The notes below the pieces were generated by a model that was not told where the DNA came from, made no database searches, and worked only from the letters and a program-made list of their open reading frames with translations. 64,000 nucleotides of DNA, taken from Fimbriimonadaceae bacterium. GTDB lineage: Bacteria > Armatimonadota > Fimbriimonadia > Fimbriimonadales > Fimbriimonadaceae. The first letter of the stretch is position 1. Every line of letters starts with the position of its first letter. The translations under genes and the position numbers were made by a program. This document shows, piece after piece, positions 1 to 9,580 of the stretch. The DNA is taken from contig JAHBTB010000003.1 of the NCBI GenBank assembly GCA_019638795.1, positions 48,295-112,294 of the forward strand, written 5' to 3'.

Positions 1-108
1 CCTTCCCCACCTCTCAGGACGGCAAACCGCCCTGAAAGGTCACAATGCCGGGCCACGGCCAAAGTTCCCCTGCGCCGGCCGCCCCCAACCGGTATATTTG
101 GCCGTCCC

Positions 109-999
109 ATGTCCATTCTTGTCGATAAATCCACCAAAGTCGTCGTCGCCGGCATGACCGGGCGCGAAGGCAGCTTCCACACCCAGCAGATGCTGGAGTA
201 CGGCACGCAAGTGGTCGCCGGTGTGACACCGGGCAAGGGTGGGCAGGAGCACCTCGGGGTGCCCGTGTTCGACACCATGGCCGAGGCCGTCGCCAAGACG
301 GGCGCCAACGCCGGCCTCGTCTTTGTCCCCGCCCCCTTCGCCGCCGACTCCGTCCTGGAGTGCGAGGCGGCCGGGCTGCCCTTCGTCACCCTCATCACCG
401 AAGGCGTGCCGACCCTGGACATGCTCAATGTCGTCGCCAAGCTCAAGGCCAACGGCAAGACCCGCCTGCTCGGCGGCAACTGCGCCGGCATCATCACGCC
501 GGGCGAATGCAAGATGGGCATCATGCCCGGGCACATCTTCAAACCCGGCCCGGTGGGGCTCGTCTCCCGCTCCGGCACCCTCACCTACGAAGTGGTGTGG
601 GAACTGACCAACGCGGGCCTCGGCCAGACCACCTGCGTCGGCATCGGCGGCGACCCTGTCCCCGGCACCCGGTTCATCGAAGTCCTCGAGATGTTTGAGG
701 CCGACCCCGCCACCAAGGCCGTCGTCATGATCGGCGAGATCGGCGGCACCGACGAGGAGGCCGGCGCGGCGTTCATCAAAGACCACATGTCCAAGCCCGT
801 CGTCAGCTTCATCTCCGGCCGCACCGCCCCTCCCGGCAAGCGCATGGGCCACGCCGGCGCGATCATCAGCGGCGGTCTGGGCACCCCCCAGTCCAAGGTC
901 GACGCCCTCCTCGCCGCCGGGGCCGTCGTCGCCGACAAAACCTCCGAGATCGCCGGCTTTGTGGGCCAGGCCCTCGCCAAGCTCGGCGTCAGCGTCTGA
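109..999 (+). CDS. sucD: Succinyl-CoA synthetase alpha subunit
   Basis: Full-length 296-aa ORF with an ATG start. It has the CoA-binding N-terminus ([12 protein letters not shown]), SRSGTLTYE, and the phosphohistidine loop [11 protein letters not shown]. Third codon positions are G/C-rich. Confidence 0.95.
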   Translation: MSILVDKSTKVVVAGMTGREGSFHTQQMLEYGTQVVAGVTPGKGGQEHLGVPVFDTMAEAVAKTGANAGLVFVPAPFAADSVLECEAAGLPFVTLITEGVPTLDMLNVVAKLKANGKTRLLGGNCAGIITPGECKMGIMPGHIFKPGPVGLVSRSGTLTYEVVWELTNAGLGQTTCVGIGGDPVPGTRFIEVLEMFEADPATKAVVMIGEIGGTDEEAGAAFIKDHMSKPVVSFISGRTAPPGKRMGHAGAIISGGLGTPQSKVDALLAAGAVVADKTSEIAGFVGQALAKLGVSV

Positions 1000-1002
1000 C
1001 CC

Positions 1003-2901
1003 TCACGGCCGGGCCAGCTTGAACCGTCGGCGGGCGACCGTGCCGCCCGCCGAGACGTTGCCCGTCACCAGCGACGCCTTCCGGGCCCCGAAACCCGCGT
1101 CGAACGGCACCGTCTTCTTCGCGCTCGTCCCTGCCGCCAAGTCGCCCACCGTCCAGTCCGCCGTCGCCTTCGCCGCGCCGAACTGGATGCCTGTCACCGT
1201 CACGCCGCGCGCCGTCCCCGCCCCCGTGTTCGTCACGGTGAGCTCGATCTGCGCGGTCGCCCCCGCCGACACGACCCGGGCGGTCAAATGCACCGCCGTC
1301 GCCCCCACGTCGGCGGTCGACATCAGGCCGCCCTCGAACTGCTGCTGCAAGTGCCCCCCGACGATCTGGGCCGCGCCCATCGGGTAGCCCCACGGGCCGG
1401 TCGGCCCGCTGGCGGAACCGTAGGCGGCGTAGAGGCCGCCGTAGACGCCCCAGGAGCCGAATGAAGCCGTCGCATAGACCCCGCCGCCCTCAAACGGCTG
1501 GCGGCTGCCGGAGGTGCCGAACGGCGACGTCCCCGCCGCGGAGTAGTCCGCCGTGGGGTAGCCCAGGGTCGAGGTCGTGCCGCCCAACCGGTCGTGCTCC
1601 GACTTGACCGCCCCCGAGACCATCCATGTGCCCTTGGCCGAGGAGTAGAGCGTCCCCCCCTCAAAGGTCTGCGCCGCACCGGCGGTGCCTTGGGGCGACT
1701 GCCCGCTGTTGAACGACGGGGCAAGGGGCCAGCCCAGGACGCCCGTCGTCCCGCCCAGGCCCAGGTGCTTGGTGAAGAACGCCCCCGCCACCGCGAACGC
1801 CGCGCTGGAGCCCGACTTCAGGTAGACCCGGCCCGACTGGCAGTCCAACTGCATCCCGCCCGGCACCGCCGCCAGGTCGAGCACCGGCTGGCCCAAGGCG
1901 CTGTTCGGGCCCCCGAGACCGTCGTATGCCGTCCACACCGGCCCATAGACCAGGCACGCCGGGTTGACTGCGGAAGCCCCCTGGTTGTCGATGATGCGGG
2001 CCGGGCCGAGCGAACCGCCGCCGAACTCCTGCACCTCGGCGCGGGTCGGCGACCAGCGCCACGCCACGTAGTCGAGCGGCGACCCCACCGCCGCCTTGCC
2101 TCCGTTCCGGTTGTAGCAGTCGATGAAATGCTGGGGCACCGCCCCGCGCTCGCCGACGCCGATCCCCGCGCCGTACTTGAGCAGGTCGTCGAGGGTGCCG
2201 TAGAAGACGTCGCCGTCCACCCGTCCGCTGATGCCCGGCACCGTCTCCCGGTCGCTGTACTGCCGCATCGCGACGAACGGCCACGGCGTCGACGGGGCCT
2301 CCGCGTCCTTGTCGTAGTCCCACCGCGCCAGCCAGAGCCCGTAGTCCCCGGCGATCACCGACGACCAGTCCAGCGACCGCGCCGTCGACAAGTTGATGTA
2401 GATCAGCGGCTTGATGCCGAGCCGCGACTTCACCCGGTCGAGCCACGTCTTGCACCACGCCACCTTGTCCCCCGACCACGCCTCCTCAAAGTCCAGGACG
2501 ACGAACTGGCCCGGCTTCAGCGGCGCGACGTTGGTCGAGAAGTAGTCGGCCTCTTCCGTCGCCGAATGGTACTGCGGGTAGGCGTAGTGGTAGAAACCGA
2601 TCGCGATGCCCTGGGCCTCGGCGGCGGCCCGGTTGTAGAGGTACCGCTCGTCCCGCGACGTCCCGTAGTCCGACCGCATCACGATGAACGACACCGCCGT
2701 CTTCACCTGGGCGAAGTCCACCGTGCCTTGCCACTTGGAGATGTCGATCCCCCAAATCTTGGGGCCCCGCGTCGGCCCCGGCAGCGAGAGCCCGTCGGCC
2801 CGCCCGTAGAACGGGTTCCGGCCCATCGCCCCGTCCTGGGCAAAGCAGAGCCCCGCAAGCGCGAGCAGGACGACCGACAGCCAGGCGCGCCACCGTCTCA
2901 T
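1003..2901 (-). CDS. Secreted GH25 muramidase (lysozyme) with LGFP-type repeats and a C-terminal Ig/CARDB-like domain
   Basis: Signal peptide [24 protein letters not shown]25-like N-domain ([13 protein letters not shown] ... FYHYAYP ... LDFEE). Middle region has repeated LGWP/LGYP ... FEGG ... Y units resembling LGFP cell-wall-binding repeats. The ATG overlaps the upstream stop (ATGA). Confidence 0.8.
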   Translation of the reverse strand: MRRWRAWLSVVLLALAGLCFAQDGAMGRNPFYGRADGLSLPGPTRGPKIWGIDISKWQGTVDFAQVKTAVSFIVMRSDYGTSRDERYLYNRAAAEAQGIAIGFYHYAYPQYHSATEEADYFSTNVAPLKPGQFVVLDFEEAWSGDKVAWCKTWLDRVKSRLGIKPLIYINLSTARSLDWSSVIAGDYGLWLARWDYDKDAEAPSTPWPFVAMRQYSDRETVPGISGRVDGDVFYGTLDDLLKYGAGIGVGERGAVPQHFIDCYNRNGGKAAVGSPLDYVAWRWSPTRAEVQEFGGGSLGPARIIDNQGASAVNPACLVYGPVWTAYDGLGGPNSALGQPVLDLAAVPGGMQLDCQSGRVYLKSGSSAAFAVAGAFFTKHLGLGGTTGVLGWPLAPSFNSGQSPQGTAGAAQTFEGGTLYSSAKGTWMVSGAVKSEHDRLGGTTSTLGYPTADYSAAGTSPFGTSGSRQPFEGGGVYATASFGSWGVYGGLYAAYGSASGPTGPWGYPMGAAQIVGGHLQQQFEGGLMSTADVGATAVHLTARVVSAGATAQIELTVTNTGAGTARGVTVTGIQFGAAKATADWTVGDLAAGTSAKKTVPFDAGFGARKASLVTGNVSAGGTVARRRFKLARP

Positions 2902-3383
2902 CGGGCCAGGGTCTCCTTCGTGTAAGTCACCGTGAACGCCCCCGCCGAGGCCGGGGCGACCCCCGTCACCACCGCCTGGTAGTGCGAGCCCGCCGTCACT
3001 GCGAAGGTGGCCTTGGCCGTGGTGCCCCCGCCGCTGTCGTCGTCTTCCGCCAGCACGACGGCGGTGCCGTCGGCGGCGGTCTTCTCGATGCTCACCACCG
3101 GGTCAAAGGCCGACGACCCCGCCGTGACCGTGGCCGTGCCGTCCGCGCTCGCCGTGAACGTCACCGCGACGTACTTCGACCCGTCCTCCAACGACGCCGA
3201 AGTCGAGGCCAAGGTGCCGTCATAGGTGCCCGGCCCGCCGCCGGACGTGCCCCCGCCCGTGCCCCCGGTCGAACCGCCGCCCGTCGCACCGCCCGAAGCG
3301 CCGCCGCCCCCGCCTCCGCAACTGGCCACCGCCGCGCCCACCACCAACGCGCCGACCAAGACGACCCAAGCCTGTGTCCGCAT
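2898..3383 (-). CDS. Lipoprotein with Gly-rich linker and a beta-rich (pre-peptidase C-terminal-like) domain, function unknown
   Basis: Lipobox AVASC after a signal peptide, then a roughly 30-aa Gly/Ser/Thr linker and a roughly 110-aa domain. The stop overlaps the GH25 start by 4 nt, implying co-translation. Confidence 0.7.
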   Translation of the reverse strand: MRTQAWVVLVGALVVGAAVASCGGGGGGASGGATGGGSTGGTGGGTSGGGPGTYDGTLASTSASLEDGSKYVAVTFTASADGTATVTAGSSAFDPVVSIEKTAADGTAVVLAEDDDSGGGTTAKATFAVTAGSHYQAVVTGVAPASAGAFTVTYTKETLAR

Positions 3384-3477
3384 CCCGTTCCTCTCCCGAC
3401 GCCCCGCGCCGTGCGCTCAAGAGTACAGCAATCTGACCAGGGATCGCGACGATCCGTGCCGGTGACACCGCATTCTC

Positions 3478-5823
3478 TTGGGGTATCTCCCCACCGTGGC
3501 GGACAAGCTCGAAAAATATCGGGGCAAGCGCACGTTCACCGAGACCAGCGAGCCCGAGGGCGTCGTCAAGGAGACGTCCGGCCACATCTACACCGTCCAG
3601 GAGCACTACGCCCGCCAGCTCCATTGGGACCTGCGCCTGGAGCACGAGGGCGTCCTCCTCAGTTGGGCGGTGCCCAAGGGGCCTCCCGAGCGCGAAGGCG
3701 TCCGCCGCCTCGCCGTCCGTGTCGAGGACCACCCCGTCGACTACGCCACCTTCGCCGGCGAGATTCCCAAGGGCAACTACGGCGCCGGCAAGGTCGTCCT
3801 GTGGGACCAGGGCACCTGGCAGCCGATCTACAAGGACACCGACACCCAGCTCGCCGAGGGCAAGCTGGAGTTCACCATCCACGGCCAGCGCCTGAAGGGC
3901 GACTTCGTCCTCGTCAGGACGAAGCCCGACAGTGACGAGTGGCTGTGGATGAAGATGCGCGCCTCGACCACCGTCGCCAAGCCCCGGCTGGCGGTGGACG
4001 TCCCCGGCCCCCTTGTCGAACTCCCCAAGTCGCTCGCCCCCATGCTCTGCACCCGCGTGGACCGGGTGCCCGTCGGCGACGACTGGGTGCACGAGATCAA
4101 GTGGGACGGGTGGCGCGTCCTCGCCCGGTGCGTCGACTACGGCGTCGAGTTCAGGACAAGGAACGACCAGACCGTCCATTTCAGCGGCCTGGGCACGGTG
4201 CTCGCCCGGTGGATACCCGCCGGTTCGGTCATCGACGGCGAGGCCGTCGTCTTCGACGAGTACGGCGTCAGCCGCTTCCCCCTCGTCCAGCAGGCGATCA
4301 AGCACGGCAAGACCGACGGCGTCGCCTTCGTCGCCTTCGACGCCCCGTTCCTGCAAGGCCGCGACATCCGCCACCTGCCCCTCGCCGAGCGCAAGGAACT
4401 CCTCCGCCGTGTCCTGGAGCCCTGCACCCACCCCCGCCTGCGCCTTTCCGACCACCACGCGGGCGACGGCCGCGAGCTCCTCAAGGCGGCGTGCCGGTCG
4501 GGCCTGGAGGGCGTCGTCAGCAAGCGGCTGGACAGCGCCTACACCTCCACCCGCAGCCAAAACTGGACCAAGGTGCGTTGCGAGAAAAAGCTCCGGGCCC
4601 TCGTCGGCGGCTACACCGTCATGGCGGGGACGACCCGCCAAATCGGCGCCCTCGTCCTGGGCGCGCGGGGCGCCGACGGCAAGCTCACCCCCCTCGGCCG
4701 GGTCGGCACCGGCTTCTCCGACGCGGTGCGGTCCAAGCTCTTCAAGACCCTCCAGCCCCTCCAACGCCTCGACTCCCCCTTCGACCCGCCCCTCGACCCC
4801 GTCCAAGACAAGGGCGTCACCTATGTCGACCCCGAGGTCATGGCCGAGGTGCAGTTCCTCGACTGGAGCGCCGACGGCATGCTCCGCCAGGCCAAGTTCC
4901 TGGGCCACGGCCCCGCCCCGGCGCCCGCCCCCGCCGTCGAAGCCGCCCCCGCCCCGACCCCGCGCCGTGCCGTCAAGATCTCCAGTGAGGACCGCGTCCT
5001 TGACCCTTCCAGCGGCATGACGAAGGGCCAGGTCGCCGACTACTACGCCGCGGTGGCCGCGCGGATGCTCGTCCACCTGCGCGGGCGGCCCCTCTCCCTG
5101 CTCCGCAGCCCCGACGGCATCACCGACGCCACCTTCTTCCAGAAGCACCGGATGGCGGGCCTCGGCCCCCACGTCCACAGCGTGGACGTGCAGGAGCATG
5201 GCGACGACGGGCCCCAGACCTACATGCACGTCGACGACGCCGAGGGCCTGCTCAACCTCGTCCAGATGGCCGCAATCGAGTTCCATCCCTGGGGCAGCAC
5301 GGTCGCCGACCTGGAGCGGCCCGACACCCTCGTCTTCGACCTCGACCCCGCCCCCGACGTCTCCTGGGAACGGACGGTCGCGGCGGCCTACGACGTGCGC
5401 GACCTGCTCCGCGGCTTCGGCTTCCGCCCCCTCACCAAGGTGACCGGCGGCAAGGGCGTCCATGTCGTCGTGCCCATCGTGCCCGACCTCGACTGGGACG
5501 AGGCGAAGGACTTCTGCCGCAAGTTCGCCGAGGCGATGACGGCCCAGGAACCCCGCCGCTTTGTCAGCAAGACGACCAAGAGCGCCCGGGCGGGCAAGAT
5601 CCTCATCGACTACCTGCGCAACGGCCGCGGCGCGACGGCGGTGGCGGCCTACAGCCTGCGGGCCCGCCCCCACATGCCGGTGGCGATGCCGGTGGCCTGG
5701 GAGGAGCTGCCCAGCCTCGGCCCCGGGGGCGTCCTGCCCGCCGAGGCGGTGCGCCGCGTCGCCGAAGACCCCGACCCCTGGGCCGACTACGAGGACTGCC
5801 GGGTGGAGTTCCCCACCGGGTAG
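3478..5823 (+). CDS. ligD: Multidomain ATP-dependent DNA ligase LigD (phosphoesterase-ligase-polymerase/primase)
   Basis: N-terminal 3'-phosphoesterase motifs (KRTFTETSEP, HYARQLHWDLRLE, SWAVPKGP). Ligase adenylation motif EIKWDGWR. C-terminal LigD polymerase domain (FFQKH, IEFHPW, DLDP, GGKGVHVVVP, IDYLRN). The track start at 3478 is TTG; GTG at 3496 is an alternative. Confidence 0.92.
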   Translation: MGYLPTVADKLEKYRGKRTFTETSEPEGVVKETSGHIYTVQEHYARQLHWDLRLEHEGVLLSWAVPKGPPEREGVRRLAVRVEDHPVDYATFAGEIPKGNYGAGKVVLWDQGTWQPIYKDTDTQLAEGKLEFTIHGQRLKGDFVLVRTKPDSDEWLWMKMRASTTVAKPRLAVDVPGPLVELPKSLAPMLCTRVDRVPVGDDWVHEIKWDGWRVLARCVDYGVEFRTRNDQTVHFSGLGTVLARWIPAGSVIDGEAVVFDEYGVSRFPLVQQAIKHGKTDGVAFVAFDAPFLQGRDIRHLPLAERKELLRRVLEPCTHPRLRLSDHHAGDGRELLKAACRSGLEGVVSKRLDSAYTSTRSQNWTKVRCEKKLRALVGGYTVMAGTTRQIGALVLGARGADGKLTPLGRVGTGFSDAVRSKLFKTLQPLQRLDSPFDPPLDPVQDKGVTYVDPEVMAEVQFLDWSADGMLRQAKFLGHGPAPAPAPAVEAAPAPTPRRAVKISSEDRVLDPSSGMTKGQVADYYAAVAARMLVHLRGRPLSLLRSPDGITDATFFQKHRMAGLGPHVHSVDVQEHGDDGPQTYMHVDDAEGLLNLVQMAAIEFHPWGSTVADLERPDTLVFDLDPAPDVSWERTVAAAYDVRDLLRGFGFRPLTKVTGGKGVHVVVPIVPDLDWDEAKDFCRKFAEAMTAQEPRRFVSKTTKSARAGKILIDYLRNGRGATAVAAYSLRARPHMPVAMPVAWEELPSLGPGGVLPAEAVRRVAEDPDPWADYEDCRVEFPTG

Positions 5824-5873
5824 CCCGCCACCCCGTCCGGACCGCCGCCGGACGCCGGTTCAAATGACGCGTT

Positions 5874-5928
5874 CCCGTCACCTTCCCGTCACCCTCCCGT
5901 CACCCTCCCGTCACCCTCCCGTCACCCC
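5874..5928. repeat. Tandem repeat, 5 copies of an 11-bp unit CCCGTCACC(C/T)T
   Basis: Read directly. Units lie at 5874-5884, 5885-5895, 5896-5906, 5907-5917 and 5918-5928. The array sits in the convergent spacer between the ligD stop (5823) and the ku stop (5996). The period is not a multiple of 3. Confidence 0.95.
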
Positions 5929-5995
5929 CCCGAGGCGGGAACGGGTCGGCGCGCAGGGGGCGGCGGCGGGGGAGTGCGTCGTGGGGCCGGGGTAG

Positions 5996-6865
5996 TCAGG
6001 CCTTTTTCTCTTTGCCGCGGTTTTTGACGCTTTCGGAGAGCAGGGAGGCGAGGTCGATGACGTTGCGGCTCTCGCGCGGGCCCTCCTCGATGTCTTCCAG
6101 GCCCGGCTTCGGGGTCAGCCCGCCCGACTCCACCTTTTTGTCGATCCAAGCGATGAGGGCCTCGCGGTAGTCGTCCTTGTACTGCAGGGGGTCCCAGTCC
6201 GCCTCCATCGCCACGACGAGCTGCTCGGCCAGCTTCACCTCCCGCTCGGTGATGTTGTACGACTCCATGGGCTGGTCGGGCAGGGCGTAGCCGTCGATCT
6301 GGCGCAGCTCGTGGGCGAAGCGGAGGAGGAAGACGACGAGGGCGTTGCCCCGGGGCATGAGCGCGGCGAGGTACTCCCGGGTGCGGATGGCGACCTTGGC
6401 GATGCCGACGCGGCCGGACGAGGCGAGCACCTCGCGCAAGAGGACGTACCCCTTCTCGGTCTTCTTTTTCGGGATGAGGACGTAGGGCTTCTCGAAGTAG
6501 AGCTCGTCGATCTGCTCGCGGGGGACGAACGCCTGGACGTCGATCGTCTTGAGCGACTCCAGGGCGAGGTTCTCGAAGTCCTCCTTGGTCAGGACGACGT
6601 AGTTCTCGTCGCTGTACTCGTACCCCTTGACGATCTGGTCCCACGGCACCTCTTTGCCCGAGACCGCGTTGACGCGCAGGTACTTGATGTTCGCCTTGTC
6701 GCGCCCGTCGAGCATTTTGAAGCCGATCTCGCTCTTCTGCTCCAGGGAGAAGAGGGACACGGGGACGTTGACGAGCCCGAACGAGATGCTCCCCGTCCAG
6801 ATGGGCCGCCCCGTCCCGTCGGGCCTCTCGCTGTCGTTGTCTTCCGCCGCCGGTTTGCGCGCCAT
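5996..6865 (-). CDS. ku: Ku protein (non-homologous end joining)
   Basis: IWTGSISFGLVNVPVSLFS core, typical of bacterial Ku, with a basic C-terminal tail (KNRGKEKKA). I prefer ATG at 6865 (MARKPAAE...); the track start at 6901 is GTG, 12 codons upstream. Confidence 0.9.
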   Translation of the reverse strand: MARKPAAEDNDSERPDGTGRPIWTGSISFGLVNVPVSLFSLEQKSEIGFKMLDGRDKANIKYLRVNAVSGKEVPWDQIVKGYEYSDENYVVLTKEDFENLALESLKTIDVQAFVPREQIDELYFEKPYVLIPKKKTEKGYVLLREVLASSGRVGIAKVAIRTREYLAALMPRGNALVVFLLRFAHELRQIDGYALPDQPMESYNITEREVKLAEQLVVAMEADWDPLQYKDDYREALIAWIDKKVESGGLTPKPGLEDIEEGPRESRNVIDLASLLSESVKNRGKEKKA

Positions 6866-6936
6866 CGCCGCTATTGTATGCCGGGCGGCCCGGTTTTCCA
6901 CCGCGGGCGGGCCGAAAAGTTACCGGTCTGGTTCAC

Positions 6937-7848
6937 TTATTCGCCGGTCTCCAGCCAGCGGAGGTCCGCGGGGGAGAGGGTGATGTGGGTGGCCTCGGCG
7001 TTCGCCCGGAGCTGGTCAGGGTCGGCGGGGCCGACCAGGGCCCAGACGGGAAAGGGTTGGGCGAGGGTCCAGGCGAGGGCGACCTGGTTGCCGGTGGCCC
7101 CCACCTTCTTGCCGAGCACCTCGGCCCGTTCCCGCCTGGCGCGGTTCTCATCGTTGGCGTAGACCCGGGTCACGTCGGCGGTCTCGACGTGGGCGAACCA
7201 CCCGCCGCCGGTGGAGCTCCAGCTGAACAAGGGGAACTGGGTCTGGGTGTGCCAGGCCCGCTCCTCCGCGGTGAGGGTGTGGCAGTCGGCCCACATCGGT
7301 TCGTTGACGGTGGCGAGGGAGAGGTTCGGGTTGTTCACCGCGAAGCCTTGCCGGCCCGTCTGGGCGGCGTAGGCGTCGAACTCCTGGACCCGCCCCACCG
7401 TCCAGTTGCTGGCGCCCCAGTGGCGGACCAGGCCCCGCCGCTTGAGTTCGTCGAGCTTGTCGACCAGGGGCCCGACCGGCACGGCGGGGTCGTCGCGGTG
7501 GAACGCCCAGAACTCGACGTGGGACAGGCCCAGACGCTCCAGGTCTTCGAGCAAGTCGGCCTCGATGTGGCCCGGGGTGACCCGGGGCGAGCCGTAGGGA
7601 TGGCACCCCTTGTCGTAGAGGACGGCCTCGTCGCGCACCCCGCGCTCCCGGAGCCAGCGGCCCAGGGCCCGGTGCCCGCCGCCGTCGTTGTAGATGTGGG
7701 CGAGGTCGAAGGCGTTGCCCCCCAGTCCCCAAAAGGTGTCGAGGAGGCGGGCCGCGTCCTCATAACGGTCGATGTGCAGGGGGACGGTGCCGAGCACCAA
7801 CCGGGAGACGGCCAGGCCCGTGCCGGGCACGACGGCGCGGGGGATCAC
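6937..7848 (-). CDS. Aldo/keto reductase family oxidoreductase
   Basis: 303 aa. AKR-like pattern throughout (LGTVPL..., GGNAFDLAHIY, LLEDLERLGLSHVEFWAFHRDD, VRHWGASNW). The start overlaps the upstream gene's stop by 4 nt. Confidence 0.85.
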   Translation of the reverse strand: MIPRAVVPGTGLAVSRLVLGTVPLHIDRYEDAARLLDTFWGLGGNAFDLAHIYNDGGGHRALGRWLRERGVRDEAVLYDKGCHPYGSPRVTPGHIEADLLEDLERLGLSHVEFWAFHRDDPAVPVGPLVDKLDELKRRGLVRHWGASNWTVGRVQEFDAYAAQTGRQGFAVNNPNLSLATVNEPMWADCHTLTAEERAWHTQTQFPLFSWSSTGGGWFAHVETADVTRVYANDENRARRERAEVLGKKVGATGNQVALAWTLAQPFPVWALVGPADPDQLRANAEATHITLSPADLRWLETGE

Positions 7849-8825
7849 GCCCCGCCCCCGAAGACGAGCCCACCGCTCCGCCGGAGGGCGTCGAGGGCCC
7901 TCATGTTGCCGAGGGTGTCGTCCGGGGACACCGCCGACGACGACCTCTTCTCAATGTCGGCGGCGACACAGTCGGCCTCGTGGGCGTAGAGGTCGTCCAC
8001 CGGCCACGGACCGAGGACACGGACGGCGTCCTCTCCCCGCACGGTGTGGCGGACGACGCCGTTGCAGAACCAGGGGCTCTCGACGACAAGGCGGCCCTCC
8101 TCCCCGTAGACGACGACCTGGTTTTCCATCTCCTGGTGGACGCCGGTGGCAAAGCTGGCGGTGACCCCGCCGGGGAACTGGAGGACACCGGCCCCCCAGG
8201 CGTCGTAGCCGTCGCCACCGGGGACGTAGGCGAACTCGGCCCGGGAGGGTTCTTCGCCGGCGACCGCCCGGCAGTAGGAGACGCAGTAGCACCCGACGTC
8301 CATGAGCCCCCCGCCGCCCAGGGCCCTCTCGGTGCGGAAGTTCTGCCAGTCTCGGCCCGCCTGGAAGCTGAACTCGGCCCTGATGTGGGCGACACGGCCC
8401 ACCGCGCCCGACCTGACCAGCCGGAGCACCTCCTGGGTCTGGGGGTGGAACCGGTACATGAACGCCTCGGCGAAGTAGACGCCGCAGTCCCGCACCACCG
8501 CCAGGGCCTCTTCGGCCTCGGCGGCGTCCAGGGTGAACGGCTTTTCGCACAGGACGTGCTTGCCCGCCCGGGCGCACATCACAGTGTCGGCGGCGTGCAG
8601 GTGGTGGGGCGAGGCGATGTAGACGGCGTCCACGTCGGGGTCGTCGGCGACGGCCTGGTACGTGGCGTAGCCGCGTCCACCGTGTTCGGCGCAGAAGGCG
8701 TCGGCCTTTTCTTGGCTACGCGACCCCACGGCGACGAGGGTGCCGGTCTTGGACTTCTTGAGGCCACGGGCAAAGGCATGGGCGATGCCGCCCGTCGCGA
8801 GGACGCCCCATCGGACTCTCTCCAT
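7845..8825 (-). CDS. Gfo/Idh/MocA family NAD(P)-dependent oxidoreductase
   Basis: N-terminal Rossmann segment VRWGVLATGGIAHAF, followed by the EKPF motif (VLCEKPFTL) typical of the family. Confidence 0.85.
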   Translation of the reverse strand: MERVRWGVLATGGIAHAFARGLKKSKTGTLVAVGSRSQEKADAFCAEHGGRGYATYQAVADDPDVDAVYIASPHHLHAADTVMCARAGKHVLCEKPFTLDAAEAEEALAVVRDCGVYFAEAFMYRFHPQTQEVLRLVRSGAVGRVAHIRAEFSFQAGRDWQNFRTERALGGGGLMDVGCYCVSYCRAVAGEEPSRAEFAYVPGGDGYDAWGAGVLQFPGGVTASFATGVHQEMENQVVVYGEEGRLVVESPWFCNGVVRHTVRGEDAVRVLGPWPVDDLYAHEADCVAADIEKRSSSAVSPDDTLGNMRALDALRRSGGLVFGGGA

Positions 8826-8837
8826 ATGCGCCCCCGA

Positions 8838-9551
8838 TCATACAGGCCCGAAGGGCTCCATCAGGCGGTGCTGGTGGTCTTTCAGCCACTTTTCATGACG
8901 CCGGTGGTCGGGGTCGTGGCGGGCGACCAGGGCCCAGAAGTCGCGGCTGTGGTCCATGTGCACCAGGTGGGCCAGCTCGTGGACGACGATGGCCCGCATC
9001 ACCTCGGGCGGGGCGAGGACAAGCCGCCAATTGAAGTTGAGGCCGCCGCGGTGGCTGCAGCTTCCCCACTTGCTCCGTTGGTCGCGGACAGCGAGGGACG
9101 TGGACTTCACCCCCATCCGGGCCTCCCATTCGGCGACGAGGGGGAGGAGGGCCTCGCGGGCCTCGGCGCGGAGACGGCGGCCGACCACTGCCCGGGCCTC
9201 GTCAACAGAACCGGCCTTCACCCGGAACGTCCGGTCGGCGTCGTCACGGACGAAGGCGGGGCCGCCCGCGACCGCCTCGACCTTCCACTCCTCGCCGCGG
9301 TAGAGGGTGCGGGCGGGGTCCGACTCGCGCAGGGCCTTGGCGATGCGGAGGGTGTGCCTCAGCACCCAGTTCGGGTTGGCGGCGAGCAGTTGGTCGGCGG
9401 TGCGGAGGGGGGCCCGGGCGGGGAGGACGACCTCGAGACCGTCGCGCAAGGCGCGTATCCGGGCGCGGCGGGCCGTCCGCGACCGGCGGACGGTGGCCCA
9501 GCACTCGATCCCCTCGACCAGAATCTTGACCTTGTCGGACACTCGGCCCAT
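8838..9551 (-). CDS. YgjP-like M48/DUF45 family metal-dependent hydrolase
   Basis: C-terminal HExxH zinc motif in the characteristic context (VVHELAHLVHMDHSRDFWALV). Size and layout match the YgjP/DUF45 family. Confidence 0.8.
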   Translation of the reverse strand: MGRVSDKVKILVEGIECWATVRRSRTARRARIRALRDGLEVVLPARAPLRTADQLLAANPNWVLRHTLRIAKALRESDPARTLYRGEEWKVEAVAGGPAFVRDDADRTFRVKAGSVDEARAVVGRRLRAEAREALLPLVAEWEARMGVKSTSLAVRDQRSKWGSCSHRGGLNFNWRLVLAPPEVMRAIVVHELAHLVHMDHSRDFWALVARHDPDHRRHEKWLKDHQHRLMEPFGPV

Positions 9552-9580
9552 TGTGCCTTTCAGAAAGGTAAAAACGCGGG

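Noticed and set aside
1-108. Possible 3' end of sucC (frame 3 reaches a TGA at 31-33) upstream of sucD.
   Set aside because: Only 10 codons are visible and I cannot recognise a SucC C-terminus. There is too little sequence to support a feature.
3220-5673. 817-aa ORF on the minus strand covering almost all of ligD.
   Set aside because: It is antisense to a gene with unmistakable LigD motifs. The translation is low-complexity and rich in Gly/Ala/Arg/Asp/Val, as expected for the reverse frame of high-GC coding DNA, where stop codons are rare. The same reasoning applies to 9560-11095, 19581-20762, 20904-22151, 22164-24128, 38247-39386, 39444-40568, 50478-52562, 57650-59275 and similar ORFs.
5874-5928. 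Possibility that the tandem array is a CRISPR array or part of a coding repeat.
   Set aside because: The units are contiguous with no spacers and only 11 bp long. The period is not a multiple of 3. No cas genes are present in the window.
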